Both the position numbers and the translations under genes were made by a program. A DNA stretch of 64,000 nt from Casimicrobiaceae bacterium. GTDB lineage: Bacteria > Pseudomonadota > Gammaproteobacteria > Burkholderiales > Casimicrobiaceae. The notes under the pieces are model-generated. The model saw nothing but the letters and a program-made list of their open reading frames with translations. It was not told where the DNA came from and ran no database searches. Of this stretch, positions 46,736-57,593 are shown piece after piece; the first letter of the stretch is position 1; each line of letters begins with the position of its first letter. The stretch lies in contig DATJIS010000011.1 in the NCBI GenBank assembly GCA_035493035.1, positions 11,470 to 75,469 on the forward strand. The letters are read 5' to 3'.

Positions 46736-47559
46736 AGCGCGCGCGAGCCGAGGCGGTGGCGCTCCACACCGGGCTCGCCGTGGCGGCGCTGATCGTGCTG
46801 TTTCCGTTCGCGTGGATCGCGCTCGCGGCGTTCAAGACTCAGATCTCGCTCCTCAGCGGCGAGGTCGCGTTCACGCCCACCGCGGCGAACTTCGACGAGC
46901 TGCTCTTCTCCAGCACGTCCGATTACATTGCGAACTTCGCGAACAGCTTCGTGATCGCGGGCTGCAGCACGCTGATCGTGCTGGCCACCGCCACGCTGGC
47001 CGCGTATTCGATCGAGCGCATGGCGTGGCCGCGCATGGCGGTGCACGCGTTCCTGCTCGGCGCGGCGGTGTTCAACGCGATTCCCGCGATCACGCTGGTC
47101 GGCGCGTGGTACGTCATGTTCCGCGCGATCGGCCTGTACAACACCTACGCCGCCGTGATCCTCGCGCACGCGACGCTCAACCTGCCGATCGGCATCTGGC
47201 TGATGGCGACGTTCGTGCGCGAGGTCCCGCCCGAGCTCGAGGAGGCGGCCCGCATCGACGGCGCGGGCACGCTGGCGATGATCTGGCGCGTCATCGTGCC
47301 GGTCGTCATGCCGGGCATCGCGGCAACCGCCATCCTGGTGTTCATCCACAGCTGGAACGAGTTCGTCGTCGCGCTGAACCTCACCGCGCGGCAGACCGCC
47401 ACCGTGCCCGTGGCCATCGCAAAGTACGCGCAGGAGAACGAGACGCGCTACGGCGAGATGGCGGCGGGCGCGGTGCTGTCCACGCTGCCCGCATTGCTGC
47501 TGCTGTTCGTCGCGCAGCGACACATCGTTCGGGGCCTCACCGCCGGCGCGGTGAAATGA
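46732..47559 (+). CDS. Carbohydrate ABC transporter permease (MalG/UgpE-like)
   Basis: ATGA overlap with the preceding gene. EAA loop PPELEEAARIDGAGTLAMIWRVIVPV. Confidence 0.85.
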   Translation: MKRARAEAVALHTGLAVAALIVLFPFAWIALAAFKTQISLLSGEVAFTPTAANFDELLFSSTSDYIANFANSFVIAGCSTLIVLATATLAAYSIERMAWPRMAVHAFLLGAAVFNAIPAITLVGAWYVMFRAIGLYNTYAAVILAHATLNLPIGIWLMATFVREVPPELEEAARIDGAGTLAMIWRVIVPVVMPGIAATAILVFIHSWNEFVVALNLTARQTATVPVAIAKYAQENETRYGEMAAGAVLSTLPALLLLFVAQRHIVRGLTAGAVK

Positions 47560-47630
47560 GATCGGCCTCGCCGCGCGCGGGAGAGGATCGGCGCACAAGG
47601 CGGTTCGTCTAGAATCGCCTCAACCACGAC

Positions 47631-49187
47631 GTGGCGGGCGGACCGATGAGTGCATTGGAAGAGAGGTTGCGCGCGCTGGCACCTGCGCTGCCGCGGCTGT
47701 TGCGGGGCATCGAGAAGGAGAGCCTGCGCGTGCGGCCGGACGGATCGCTGGCGCTGACGCCTCATCCTGCCGGGCTCGGCTCGGCGCTGACGCATCCGCA
47801 CGTCACCACCGATTTCAGCGAGTCGCAGCTCGAGCTCATCACCGGCGCGCACGCCAGCGTGCGCGAGCTCACGGGCGAGCTCACCGAGCTGCACGCCTTC
47901 GTCCTGCGCGAGATCGGCGACGAGCTCATGTGGTGCGCGAGCATGCCGTGCCAGCTGCCGGAAGAACATTCGATTCCGCTCGGGCGCTACGGCACCTCCA
48001 ACATCGGCCGCGCCAAGACGGTGTACCGCACCGGACTCGCGTATCGCTACGGCCGGCGCATGCAGACGATCTCCGGCCTGCACTACAACTTCTCGGTCGC
48101 GCCCGACGTGTGGCCCATCGACGGCGTCGGGGATGCCAACGAGGGCTACTTCGCGCTGATCCGCAACTTCCGCCGGCACGCGTGGCTGCTGCTGTACCTG
48201 TTCGGCGCCTCTCCCGCGGTGTGCTCGTCCTTCGTCGCGGGACGGCAGCACGCGCTCACCGAGCTCGCGCCGGGAACGCTGCACCTGCCGTACGCGACGT
48301 CGCTGCGCATGGGGCGGCTCGGCTATCTCAGTGAAGCGCAGGACGCGCTCGCCGTCAGCTACAACGATCTCGAGAGCTACGGCGAATCGCTCGCCGACGC
48401 GCTCACGCGGCCGTATCCGCCCTACGAAGCGATCGGCATCCGCGACGGCGACGAGTACCGCCAGCTCTCCACGACGCTGCTGCAGATCGAGAACGAGTTC
48501 TACAGCACGATCCGGCCCAAGCGCGTGATCGAGCCGGGCGAGCGCCCGCTGCACGCGCTGCGCGAGCGTGGCGTGGAATACGTCGAGGTTCGCGCGATGG
48601 ATCTCGACCCGTTCTCCGCGATCGGCATCGCGCCGGCGACGTCGCGCTTCCTCGACGTGTTCCTGCTGCACTGCCTCCTGACCGACAGCGCGCTCGACTC
48701 GCCGCAGGAGGTGCAATCGATCAACCGCAACAAGCAGCGCGTCGCGCAGCGCGGGCGCGAGCCGGGGCTGCGGCTGGATCGCGACGGCGAGGAGATCGAG
48801 CTGCACGCGTGGGCTCGCGAGATCCTGGCGCAATGCATGCCGATCGCGGCGGCGCTCGACACGGCGTATCGCGGCAACGGCTACACGCAGGCGGTGGCGG
48901 CGGCGCAGGCGGTCGTCCGCGAGCCGGATGCGCTGCCTTCAGCGCGGATGCTGCGCGAGATACGGGAGCGCTACGACGGCTCGTACGTGCGCTTCGTGCT
49001 CGCGTACTCGCAGCGACATCGCGAGACGCTCACCGCCGAGCCGCTGTCGGCCGAGATCCAGGCACGGATGGTCGAGGCAGCCACGGCGTCGCTCGACAAG
49101 CAGCGGCGCATCGAAGCGGCCGACATCGTCGACTTCGAGACGTTCCGGCGGCGCTACCTGTCGCCCGAGTCGCTCGTCGTACGCTAG
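47631..49187 (+). CDS. gshA: Glutamate-cysteine ligase (proteobacterial type)
   Basis: 518 aa. Reads RGIEKESLRV, TTDFSESQLELITG and MQTISGLHYNFS. The start is either the GTG at 47631 or the ATG at 47646. Confidence 0.9.
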   Translation: MAGGPMSALEERLRALAPALPRLLRGIEKESLRVRPDGSLALTPHPAGLGSALTHPHVTTDFSESQLELITGAHASVRELTGELTELHAFVLREIGDELMWCASMPCQLPEEHSIPLGRYGTSNIGRAKTVYRTGLAYRYGRRMQTISGLHYNFSVAPDVWPIDGVGDANEGYFALIRNFRRHAWLLLYLFGASPAVCSSFVAGRQHALTELAPGTLHLPYATSLRMGRLGYLSEAQDALAVSYNDLESYGESLADALTRPYPPYEAIGIRDGDEYRQLSTTLLQIENEFYSTIRPKRVIEPGERPLHALRERGVEYVEVRAMDLDPFSAIGIAPATSRFLDVFLLHCLLTDSALDSPQEVQSINRNKQRVAQRGREPGLRLDRDGEEIELHAWAREILAQCMPIAAALDTAYRGNGYTQAVAAAQAVVREPDALPSARMLREIRERYDGSYVRFVLAYSQRHRETLTAEPLSAEIQARMVEAATASLDKQRRIEAADIVDFETFRRRYLSPESLVVR

Positions 49188-50218
49188 CCGGCGAGCTCCC
49201 GCGTGAGCTGGGCTGCAGGCACTTCCCTGCAGCCGGTCGCGTTCTGGCCGCTCCATAGCGGCGAGAAGTCGCCCGATCCCCTCGCTTCGGCCTTGGCCCG
49301 TAACGGCGCCATCGCCGCCGTGGCGAGTGGAAACGCCGGCGCCCTGGCACTCATCGGCCCGACCTCGCGCATGATGCGATTCACGATCCCGCGCGCGGGC
49401 CGGCCGGTGAACACGTTGGTGAGCGCGGTATGGCGCGCGCCTTCGCTCTTCAGCGCCGCGCGATGCAGCGCGGACGTGGTCGCCTCCGGGCACAGCAGAT
49501 ACGCCGTGCCGAGCTGAACGCCGGATGCGCCGAGCGCCAGCGCGGCCGCCACGCCGCGCGCGTCGGCGATCCCACCGGCCGCGATGACCGGCACGCGTAC
49601 CGCACGGGCCACCTGGGGCACCAGCGCCAGCGTGCCGACCTGCGTGGTCAGGTCGTCGGTGAGGAAATTGCCCCGATGCCCGCCCGCTTCGGCGCCCTGC
49701 GCGATGATCGCGTCGACGCCCTGCGCCTCGAGCCATCGCGCCTCGTCCACGGTGGTCGCCGAGGCGAGCACCTTGGCGTTCCACGTGCGCACGCGCGCGA
49801 GCAGCGCCTCGGACGGCAGGCCGAAATGGAAGCTCACCACGCGCGGCCGGAATTCGGCGAGCACGTCGGCCGCCGCGGCGGTGAACGGTGCACGTCCCGG
49901 CCCGGCCGGGATGCCCGCGGGATCGATGCCGAATTCGCGGTAGTACGGGTCGAGCGTCGTGCGCCATGCAGCTTCGCGCTGCGCATCGGGCACGGGCTCC
50001 GCGTGACAGAAGAAGTTGACGTTGTACGGCCGGTCGGTCTGTGCCGCGATGGCCGCGAGCTCCTTGCGCATCCCGTCCACGGACAGCAGCGCGCAGGGCA
50101 GCGAGCCGAGGCCGCCGGCGTTGGACACCGCGACGGCGAGCGTGCCGGCCTGCACGCCGGCCATCGGCGCCTGGATGATGGGCAACGCCATGCCGAGCAA
50201 CTGGGTGAGCGCGTTCAT
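49184..50218 (-). CDS. Nitronate monooxygenase (NMO family, FMN-dependent)
   Basis: 344 aa. Reads PIIQAPMAGVQAGTLAVAVSNAGGLGSL and IAAGGIADARG. Confidence 0.85.
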   Translation of the reverse strand: MNALTQLLGMALPIIQAPMAGVQAGTLAVAVSNAGGLGSLPCALLSVDGMRKELAAIAAQTDRPYNVNFFCHAEPVPDAQREAAWRTTLDPYYREFGIDPAGIPAGPGRAPFTAAAADVLAEFRPRVVSFHFGLPSEALLARVRTWNAKVLASATTVDEARWLEAQGVDAIIAQGAEAGGHRGNFLTDDLTTQVGTLALVPQVARAVRVPVIAAGGIADARGVAAALALGASGVQLGTAYLLCPEATTSALHRAALKSEGARHTALTNVFTGRPARGIVNRIMREVGPMSARAPAFPLATAAMAPLRAKAEARGSGDFSPLWSGQNATGCREVPAAQLTRELAG

Positions 50219-50304
50219 GCGAACCTCCGGAGTCGATAGACTACCGACGCATCGTGCGTCGGTGTCGTCACATTATCTTGCGCCTCGTGAAATCCCGTTC
50301 ACCC

Positions 50305-50865
50305 ATGGTGCTCGCCTGGCCCGCGATGGAGCACCTCGCGAGCTACGCGGCGGCGCTGCGCCGGGGGTGGTCGCCGGACAACGTGCGCGGGGCGGCCGCG
50401 GCCCGTGACGAGCTCGCGCGCATCGAGCACGACCCGACGGGATTCGTCGCGGCACAGGTCGATCGCGAGGCGCGCGGCGAGCCCGTCACGCTGCCGGACG
50501 GCAGCGTCGTTGCGCGGCTGCCGGGCTATCGTTTGTGGATCTGGGACGGCGAGCTCTGCGGCGTCATAGGACTTCGCTGGCAGCGCGGCACGGGGGCGCT
50601 GCCGCCGCATTGCCTCGGGCACGTGGGCTATTCGGTCGTGCCCTGGAAGCGCCAGCTCGGCTATGCGAGCTCGGCGCTGCGCCAGCTGCTGCCGCTCGCC
50701 AAGTCGGAAGGCCTGCCCTACGTCGACATCACCACCGACGTCGACAACGTTCCCTCACAGCGCGTCATCGAGGTGTGCGGCGGTGTCCTGCTGGGCGAGT
50801 TCATGAAGCCGGCGGCCTTCGGAGGCAAGCCGGGGTTGCGCTTCAGGATCGATCTCGCGCGCTGA
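50305..50865 (+). CDS. GNAT-family N-acetyltransferase
   Basis: Internal ATG of ORF 50254..50865. Reads IGLRWQ...HVGYSVVPWKRQLGYASSALRQLL...NVPSQRVIEVCGG. The start is uncertain. Confidence 0.7.
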   Translation: MVLAWPAMEHLASYAAALRRGWSPDNVRGAAAARDELARIEHDPTGFVAAQVDREARGEPVTLPDGSVVARLPGYRLWIWDGELCGVIGLRWQRGTGALPPHCLGHVGYSVVPWKRQLGYASSALRQLLPLAKSEGLPYVDITTDVDNVPSQRVIEVCGGVLLGEFMKPAAFGGKPGLRFRIDLAR

Positions 50866-50873
50866 CCGTCCGC

Positions 50874-51611
50874 TCACGCGCCGATCGCGGCTTCCATCTC
50901 CGCGAACGTGCGCGGAACGTCGTGCCCGGGGTGCAACGCCACGCCGAGCTGACGCGCGATCTGCGTGAGCGAGAAGATGCCGCGTATCGTGCGCACCGGC
51001 GACGCCGCGTCGATGGCGGCTTCGATCACCAGCGCGTGCTGCCGGCCGGTGCGTCGCAGGCTCGCCACGATGTCGCCCACGCGGGCGCGAAGCACGTCCT
51101 GCAGGTCCATGGTCTCGAGCAGGTCGGCGGGCGTCATGACGTCGCGCACGAGCACGTCGTCGTGCGTCACCCCGCGCTGCTGGGCGCGGAGCACCGGCTT
51201 TTCGCCGAGGAGGTCGGTCGCCGTGATGATGCCCTGCACGTCACCGTCCGGGCCGAGCACGAAGAGCGCGCGCACGCGATGGGCGATCATCGCCTCCTGC
51301 GCTTCGCGGATCGTGGCGAGCGCCCGCGTGCACACCGCGCCGACGTGCGTGAGATCGGTCATCACGTCGATGGCGGGCGAGTCGGCCTGCACCCGCGCGG
51401 CCTCCGTGACCGCGGGCAGCCGGTACGTCGCGCCGGGCCGCGCCTTCGACTCGGCCAGCGCCTGGTACGCCGCGCCGAGCGGCCGCAGCCCGCTGGCGGG
51501 TCGCACCGGACGGTCGCTCGCGTGCCCGAAGCCCGAGAACATGCGCTCGACGAACTGCGTCCTGGGCGGCGCTGCGTCGTCTTCCATTGCGGGACTGGGT
51601 TGATTGGCCAT
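50874..51611 (-). CDS. CBS domain pair protein
   Basis: 245 aa with two CBS-like units (IDVMTDL...VLGPDGDVQGIITATDLL; VRDVMTPADLLE...). Confidence 0.75.
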   Translation of the reverse strand: MANQPSPAMEDDAAPPRTQFVERMFSGFGHASDRPVRPASGLRPLGAAYQALAESKARPGATYRLPAVTEAARVQADSPAIDVMTDLTHVGAVCTRALATIREAQEAMIAHRVRALFVLGPDGDVQGIITATDLLGEKPVLRAQQRGVTHDDVLVRDVMTPADLLETMDLQDVLRARVGDIVASLRRTGRQHALVIEAAIDAASPVRTIRGIFSLTQIARQLGVALHPGHDVPRTFAEMEAAIGA

Positions 51612-51701
51612 CGTTCGCTCCGCGGTATCAGGTTTGGAGTGCGTTCGCGCGCTTCGGTTGCACGGCGTGCCGCACGCGCGGCACAGGTGTTTCGCCGGGC
51701 G

Positions 51702-53663
51702 TCACTGCCTCGGCTCCGAGCCGGTGAGCTGGTCGTGGCCGATGTGCGCGGCTTCGAGCGCGCCCGGCTGCTCGATCTCCAGCGCCAGCTCGTCCTCGTT
51801 CGCCGCGGCGGCGGGCACGGCCGGGCCCTCGTCGTCGGCCTCGTCCCCGAGGAACCCGCCGCTCTGGTGCTCCCACAGGCGCGCATAGAGCCCGTTCCGT
51901 GCGAGCAGCTGTCGGTGCGTTCCCTGCTCGACGATGCGGCCCTGGTCGAGCACGATGAGCCGATCCATCGCCGCGATGGTCGAGAGGCGATGCGCGATGG
52001 CGACCACCGTCTTGCCCTCCATGAGGCGGTAGAGGCTTTGCTGGATCGCCGCCTCGACTTCGGAATCGAGCGCGCTCGTCGCCTCGTCGAGGAGCAGGAT
52101 CGGGGCGTCCTTCAGCATCACCCGCGCGATCGCGATGCGCTGGCGCTGCCCGCCCGAAAGCTTCACGCCGCGCTCGCCGACGTGCGCTTCGTAGGCGGCG
52201 CGCCCCTTCGCATCGGCCAGCCCGGCGATGAAGGCGTCCGCCTCCGCCCGGCGTGCGGCCGCCTCCATGCTCGCGTCGCTCGCGTCGGGACGTCCGTACA
52301 CGATGTTGTCGCGCACCGAGCGGTGCAACAGCGACGTGTCCTGCGTGACCATCCCGATCTGCGCACGCAGGCTCTCCTGCGTGCAGTGGGCGATGTCCTG
52401 GCCGTCGACGAGTATGCGTCCGGATTCGGCATCGTAGAAGCGCAGCAGCAGGTTCACGATCGTCGACTTGCCCGAGCCCGAGCGGCCGACCAGGCCGATC
52501 TTCTCCCCCGGCGCGATGGTGAGCGTCAGATCGTCGATGACACGCGTCGCGCCGCCGTAGCCGAAGCTCACGTGCTCGAAGCGGATCTCGCCTCGCGTCA
52601 CCGCGATCGGCTTCGCGTCCGGACGGTCCACGACCGTGTGCACGCGCGCGAGCGTGTTGATGCCGTCCTGCACCGTGCCGATGTACTCGAAGAGCGACGC
52701 CATCTCCCACATCACCCAGTGCGAGATGCCGTTGAGCCGCAGCGCCATCGCCGTGGCGGCCGCGACCGCGCCGACCCCGACCTGGCCCTGCATCCACAGC
52801 CACAGCGTCAAGCCCGCGGAGCTGCCGATCAGCGCCATCGACAGGGCATGGTTGACGATCTCGAAGGCCGTGACGAGGCGCATCTGCACGTGCACGGTGC
52901 CGAGGAATTCCCGCATCGCCCCGCGCGCGAAGCCCGCCTCGCGCTGCGCGTGCGAGAAGAGCTTCACCGTCGCGATGTTGGTGTAGGCGTCGGTGATGCG
53001 CCCGGTCATGAGCGAGCGCGCGTCGGCCTGGTCGCGCGCGACGCGGCCAAGGCGCGGCACGAAGTACCACAGGCTCAGCGCGTACAGCGCGAGCCACGCG
53101 AGAAAGCCCGTCATCAGCCAGGCGTCGAAGCCGCCCAGCACCGCGAGCATGGTCGCGAAATAGATGACGACGAACACGAGCAGCTCGGCGAAGATCATCC
53201 AGCAGTCGCGCACGGCGAGCGCGGTCTGCATGACCTTGGCGGCGATGCGGCCGGCGAACTCGTCCTGGTAGAACGCGATGCTCTGCGCCAGCATCAGCCG
53301 GTGGAAATTCCAGCGCAGTCGCATGGGGAAGTTGCCGGCCAGCGTCTGCTGCTTGATGAGCGACTGCAGCGCAACCAGCACCAGGCTGCTGGCGAGGATC
53401 GCGCCGAGGAGGATCAGCGTGCCCTTCTGCTGCGCCCACAGCTCCGTCGGCTTCACGCCGGCCATCCAGTCCACGACGTGGCCGAGCATGCTGAACAGCA
53501 GCGCCTCGAACGCGCCGATGCCCGCCGTCAGGATCGTCATCGCGAGCAGGTAGCGCCTCAGGCCGTGCGTGCACGCCCAGAGGAACGCCCAGAAGCCGCG
53601 CGGCGGCGTGGCCGGGGGCGCTTCCGGATACGGATCTACGAGTCGTTCGAAGAAGCCGAACAT
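51702..53663 (-). CDS. ABC exporter, fused permease/ATPase (MsbA-type fold)
   Basis: 653 aa. Six TM segments, then an NBD with GRSGSGKST, LSGGQRQRIAIAR and LLLDEATSALD. Acidic C-terminal tail. Confidence 0.9.
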   Translation of the reverse strand: MFGFFERLVDPYPEAPPATPPRGFWAFLWACTHGLRRYLLAMTILTAGIGAFEALLFSMLGHVVDWMAGVKPTELWAQQKGTLILLGAILASSLVLVALQSLIKQQTLAGNFPMRLRWNFHRLMLAQSIAFYQDEFAGRIAAKVMQTALAVRDCWMIFAELLVFVVIYFATMLAVLGGFDAWLMTGFLAWLALYALSLWYFVPRLGRVARDQADARSLMTGRITDAYTNIATVKLFSHAQREAGFARGAMREFLGTVHVQMRLVTAFEIVNHALSMALIGSSAGLTLWLWMQGQVGVGAVAAATAMALRLNGISHWVMWEMASLFEYIGTVQDGINTLARVHTVVDRPDAKPIAVTRGEIRFEHVSFGYGGATRVIDDLTLTIAPGEKIGLVGRSGSGKSTIVNLLLRFYDAESGRILVDGQDIAHCTQESLRAQIGMVTQDTSLLHRSVRDNIVYGRPDASDASMEAAARRAEADAFIAGLADAKGRAAYEAHVGERGVKLSGGQRQRIAIARVMLKDAPILLLDEATSALDSEVEAAIQQSLYRLMEGKTVVAIAHRLSTIAAMDRLIVLDQGRIVEQGTHRQLLARNGLYARLWEHQSGGFLGDEADDEGPAVPAAAANEDELALEIEQPGALEAAHIGHDQLTGSEPRQ

Positions 53664-53745
53664 GGCGGCACGGGCACGATGGCGTCGGAGGCGCCACTGT
53701 ACCGCGGGCGCCTGCGAGGCAAGCGCGCGCCGGCGATGCGGGGTG

Positions 53746-55584
53746 CTACTCGACCGTCACGGACTTCGCGAGGTTGCGCGGCTTGTCGACGTCGGTGCCG
53801 CGAATCACCGCGGCGTGATACGCGAGCAGCTGCAACGGGATCACGTGGACTACGGGTGACAGCAAGCCGCGGTGCTCCGCGACACGAAGCAGATGGATGC
53901 CGTCGCCAGGTGTGATGCTGCTGTCCAGGTCCGCGACGACGTAGAGCTCGCCGCCGCGCGCGCGCACTTCCTGCAGGTTCGACTTGAGCTTCTCGAGCAG
54001 CGTGTCGTTCGGCGCGATGGCCACCACCGGCATGTTCGCATCGACGAGCGCCAGCGGACCGTGCTTCAGCTCGCCGGCGGGATACGCCTCGGCGTGGATG
54101 TAGGAGATCTCCTTCAGCTTCAGCGCGCCTTCGAGGGCGATCGGGTAGTGCAGGCCGCGGCCGAGGAAGAGCGCGTGCTCCTTGCGGGCGAACGCCTCGG
54201 CCCACGACATGAGATGCGGCTCGAGCGCAAGCGCACCGCGCACGGCCGCCGGAAGGTGGCGCAGCGCGTCGAGATGCGCGGCCTCCTGCTCGGCCGTGAG
54301 GCGACCGCGGACCTTGGCCAGCGTCAGCGCCAACAGGAACTGGGCGAGCAACTGCGTGGTGAACGCCTTCGTCGACGCGACGCCGACCTCGGCGCCGGCG
54401 CGCGTGAGGAACACCATGTCCGTCTGGCGCACCATCGAGCTCGTCGCGACGTTGCAGATGGCGAGCGCATGCCGGTGGCCGAGCGTCCGCGCGTGCTTGA
54501 GCGCCGCCAGCGTGTCGGCGGTCTCGCCGGACTGCGACACGACGACCACCAGCGCGTCGTCCTGCGGGACGCTGTCGCGATAGCGATATTCGCTCGCGAT
54601 CTCGACGGTGCACGGAATGCGCGCCATCGTCTCGATCCATTGCTTCGCGACCAGGCTCGAGTAATAGCTCGTGCCGCACGCCAGGACGAGCACCGAGCGC
54701 ACGCGGGGCAGCACCGCGGCCGCGGCCGCGCCGAAGAGCCCGGGTCCCACTTCGGTGATGCCGTCGAGCGTATCGGCCAGCGCGCGCGGCTGCTCGAAGA
54801 TCTCCTTCTGCATGTAATGGCGATACGGCCCCAGCTCGACCGCGTCGCCCGAGCCGGCAATCTCCACGATGCTGCGCGTCACGCGCGCGCCCGCCGCATC
54901 GACGATGGCGTAGCGTTCACGACGCACGTCGGCGAGATCGCCTTCCTCGAGATAGACGACGCGATGCGTGACCGGCAGCAGCGCAGCCGCGTCGGACGCG
55001 AGGAAATGGTCCGTCTCGCCCAGCCCGACCACCAGCGGGCTGCCCTGGCGGGCCCCGACGACGCGACCGGGCTCGCGCGTCGAGATCACCGCGATGGCGT
55101 ACGCCCCCCTGAACTCGCTCACGGCGAGCTGAACGGCGGACAGCAGGTCGCGGTTGGCGGCGCCGTGCCAGTGCGCGTGCACGAGGTGCGCGATGACCTC
55201 GGTGTCGGTCTGCGTGCGGAAGACGTAGCCCTGCGCCTTGAGGCGCTCGCGCAGCTCCTCGTAGTTCTCGATGATGCCGTTGTGCACGACCGCGATCTCT
55301 CCGCCGGAGAGATGCGGGTGCGCGTTGTCGGGCGTCGGCGCGCCGTGCGTCGCCCACCGCGTGTGCGATATGCCGGTGGTCGCGTGCAGGTCCTTTGCCG
55401 TGGCCTGCGCGGCGAGATCGGCGACGCGCGCCGTCGACACCAGGCGCTCGAGCGCGGGGCTCGAGCCGCCGTTGATCACCGCGAGGCCGGTCGAGTCGTA
55501 GCCGCGATATTCGAGGCGGCGAATGCCCTCGATCAGGATCGGAACGACGTTACGGTCCGACGTTGCACCGACGATGCCACACAT
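53746..55584 (-). CDS. glmS: Glutamine-fructose-6-phosphate aminotransferase
   Basis: 612 aa. Starts MCGIVGA and ends with the hallmark C-terminus ...[13 protein letters not shown]. Confidence 0.97.
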   Translation of the reverse strand: MCGIVGATSDRNVVPILIEGIRRLEYRGYDSTGLAVINGGSSPALERLVSTARVADLAAQATAKDLHATTGISHTRWATHGAPTPDNAHPHLSGGEIAVVHNGIIENYEELRERLKAQGYVFRTQTDTEVIAHLVHAHWHGAANRDLLSAVQLAVSEFRGAYAIAVISTREPGRVVGARQGSPLVVGLGETDHFLASDAAALLPVTHRVVYLEEGDLADVRRERYAIVDAAGARVTRSIVEIAGSGDAVELGPYRHYMQKEIFEQPRALADTLDGITEVGPGLFGAAAAAVLPRVRSVLVLACGTSYYSSLVAKQWIETMARIPCTVEIASEYRYRDSVPQDDALVVVVSQSGETADTLAALKHARTLGHRHALAICNVATSSMVRQTDMVFLTRAGAEVGVASTKAFTTQLLAQFLLALTLAKVRGRLTAEQEAAHLDALRHLPAAVRGALALEPHLMSWAEAFARKEHALFLGRGLHYPIALEGALKLKEISYIHAEAYPAGELKHGPLALVDANMPVVAIAPNDTLLEKLKSNLQEVRARGGELYVVADLDSSITPGDGIHLLRVAEHRGLLSPVVHVIPLQLLAYHAAVIRGTDVDKPRNLAKSVTVE

Positions 55585-55599
55585 GCGCCTATCCGCCTT

Positions 55600-56976
55600 T
55601 CAGCCCTTGGGTTCCTTGCGGGGCCGCTTCCAGCCCGGGATCGTCACCTGGCGTGCGCGCGCGACGCACAGCGTGTCCTGCGGCACGTCGTCGACGATCG
55701 TGCTGCCGCCGCCGACCGTCGCGCCGGCGCCGATCGTCACCGGTGCGACGAGCACGCAATTCGAGCCTACGTGCACGTTGTCGCCGATCACCGTCTTGTG
55801 CTTGCGCGCGCCGTCGTAGTTCGCGGTGATCGAGCCGGCGCCGTAGTTCACCCCCGCGCCCACCGACGAGTCGCCGATGTACGCGAGGTGATTCGCCTTG
55901 GCGCCGCGGCCGAGCGTGCTCGCCTTGATCTCGACGAAGTTGCCGACGTGGACGTCCGCGTCGAGCGCCGCGCCGGGACGCAGCCGCGCGTAGGGCCCGA
56001 TGCGCGCATTCCGTCCGATCTCCGCGCCATCCAGGTGACAGAACGCCTCGACCTGGGTGTCGCGTCCGACGGTCACGTCTCGCAGCACGCAATAGGGGCC
56101 GATGCGCACGCCCTCGTCGAGCCGCACGCGCCCCTCGAACACGCAGCCCACGTCGATCGTCACGTCGCGCGCGCAGTCGAGCGTGCCGCGCACGTCGATG
56201 CGCGACGGGTCGCCGAGCGTCACGCCGGCGATCATCAGGGCGTGCGCGCGACGCTGCTGCATCAGCCGTTCGGCGGCGGCGAGCTGCGCGCGGTCGTTGA
56301 TGCCGCCGACCTCGCGCTCGTCCGGCGCGAGCTCGGCGACCACGTCGATGCCGTCGCGGCGCGCCAGCGCGATCACGTCGGTGAGGTAGTACTCGTTCTG
56401 CGCGTTGTGCGGCGTGAGCTCGGCCACCCACCGCGCAAGCACCTGCGTCGGCGCGGCGATGAAGCCCGTATTGATCTCGTCGATGGCGCGCTGCTTCTCG
56501 TCGGCGTCGCGGTGCTCGACGATCGCCTCGACCTGCCCGGCGGCGCTGCGCACGATGCGACCGAGGCCCGACGGATCGCGCATGCGCACGGTGAGCACGG
56601 CAAGGCGACCATGGCGTGCATGCGCGACGAGCGCTTCGAGCGACGCGGCCGGCACGAGCGGAACGTCGCCGAGGCCGACCAGCGTGACCCCATCACCGGG
56701 CAGCGCGGTCAGTGCGACCCGCGTCGCGTCGCCGGTGCCGCGCGGCGGATCCTGGCGCACGAAGCGCAGGTCCGGTGCCGCGAGCGCCTGCTCCACCGCG
56801 TCCGCGCCGAACCCGACGACCAGCGCGATGGCGCGCGGGGCGAGCGTGCGCATCGTGTCGATCACGTGCTGCACCATCGGGCGACCGGCCAGCGCGTGGA
56901 GCATCTTCGGCTGCGCGGATTGCATGCGCTTGCCCTGGCCGGCGGCCAGGATGGCGATGTTGAGGGGGGACGGCAC
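55600..56976 (-). CDS. glmU: Bifunctional GlcNAc-1-P uridyltransferase / GlcN-1-P acetyltransferase
   Basis: 458 aa. Reads ILAAGQGKRM. The C-terminal half has left-handed beta-helix hexapeptide repeats. Confidence 0.95.
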   Translation of the reverse strand: MPSPLNIAILAAGQGKRMQSAQPKMLHALAGRPMVQHVIDTMRTLAPRAIALVVGFGADAVEQALAAPDLRFVRQDPPRGTGDATRVALTALPGDGVTLVGLGDVPLVPAASLEALVAHARHGRLAVLTVRMRDPSGLGRIVRSAAGQVEAIVEHRDADEKQRAIDEINTGFIAAPTQVLARWVAELTPHNAQNEYYLTDVIALARRDGIDVVAELAPDEREVGGINDRAQLAAAERLMQQRRAHALMIAGVTLGDPSRIDVRGTLDCARDVTIDVGCVFEGRVRLDEGVRIGPYCVLRDVTVGRDTQVEAFCHLDGAEIGRNARIGPYARLRPGAALDADVHVGNFVEIKASTLGRGAKANHLAYIGDSSVGAGVNYGAGSITANYDGARKHKTVIGDNVHVGSNCVLVAPVTIGAGATVGGGSTIVDDVPQDTLCVARARQVTIPGWKRPRKEPKG

Positions 56977-57070
56977 GGCGGCGACCAGGACGACGAGCGG
57001 AGACGGCGATGATACGCCACGGCGGCGCGCGCACCGCCGCCGCGCGTCGACCGGCGAGGGTGGTGACGGG

Positions 57071-57307
57071 TCAGTGCGTGCCGGTCTTGAGGCGCGGCGT
57101 CCGCGCGACCGCGAAATCGAACACGCGGCCCATGTGCGGCTGGTCGAGCCGCCGCGGCACCGCCTGCTCGCGGCAGTCGACGATCTCGCACTGAAGGTAC
57201 ATCTGGCGCAGCCGGCGCTCGGCGTCGGCGAGCGATCCCGCCATGATCGAGATGTTGTCGACGCGCTGTCCCGTCCGGGTTCTGATGTTGAAGCCGTATC
57301 GAATCAT
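57071..57307 (-). CDS. Hypothetical small protein
   Basis: 78 aa starting at an internal ATG (MIRYGFNIRTRTGQRVDNISIMAGSLADAERRLRQMYLQCEIV...). Codon bias is genome-typical. I recognise no family. Confidence 0.4.
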   Translation of the reverse strand: MIRYGFNIRTRTGQRVDNISIMAGSLADAERRLRQMYLQCEIVDCREQAVPRRLDQPHMGRVFDFAVARTPRLKTGTH

Positions 57308-57510
57308 GCCGCGCTCCGTGCAGGGTTCGTCGCCGTGAGACGACAGCGATGCAAGAGGCATACCGCAGGTCCATGCCACCCGACGAACGTCGCATCCGCC
57401 GTGCGGCCCGGTCAGGATGGATGCGTAATTTCCTTAAAAACCGGGCAACTGCAAGAGAGTGTGCACTTACACGGCGCTGCCGGCGCGACGTCATTCGTCG
57501 AATTTCACGG

Positions 57511-57540
57511 TTGGCGCAATCGTTCGCGTAACGGCAGAAT
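57511..57540 (+). promoter_or_regulatory. Candidate sigma70 promoter upstream of the zinc-ribbon/Yip1 gene
   Basis: TTGGCG, an 18-nt spacer, then CAGAAT. It lies about 55 nt upstream of the ATG at 57594. This is only a motif match by eye. Confidence 0.25.
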
Positions 57541-57593
57541 CGCGGGCGCATGCGCCCCCACGCGCGCACCACTTGCTCAGGAGAACCACCACG

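Noticed and set aside
49184-49187. Convergent gshA and NMO genes overlapping by 4 nt (the palindromic CTAG serves as the stop on both strands).
   Set aside because: This is a real but trivial consequence of compact packing. No terminator or regulatory structure is evident there.
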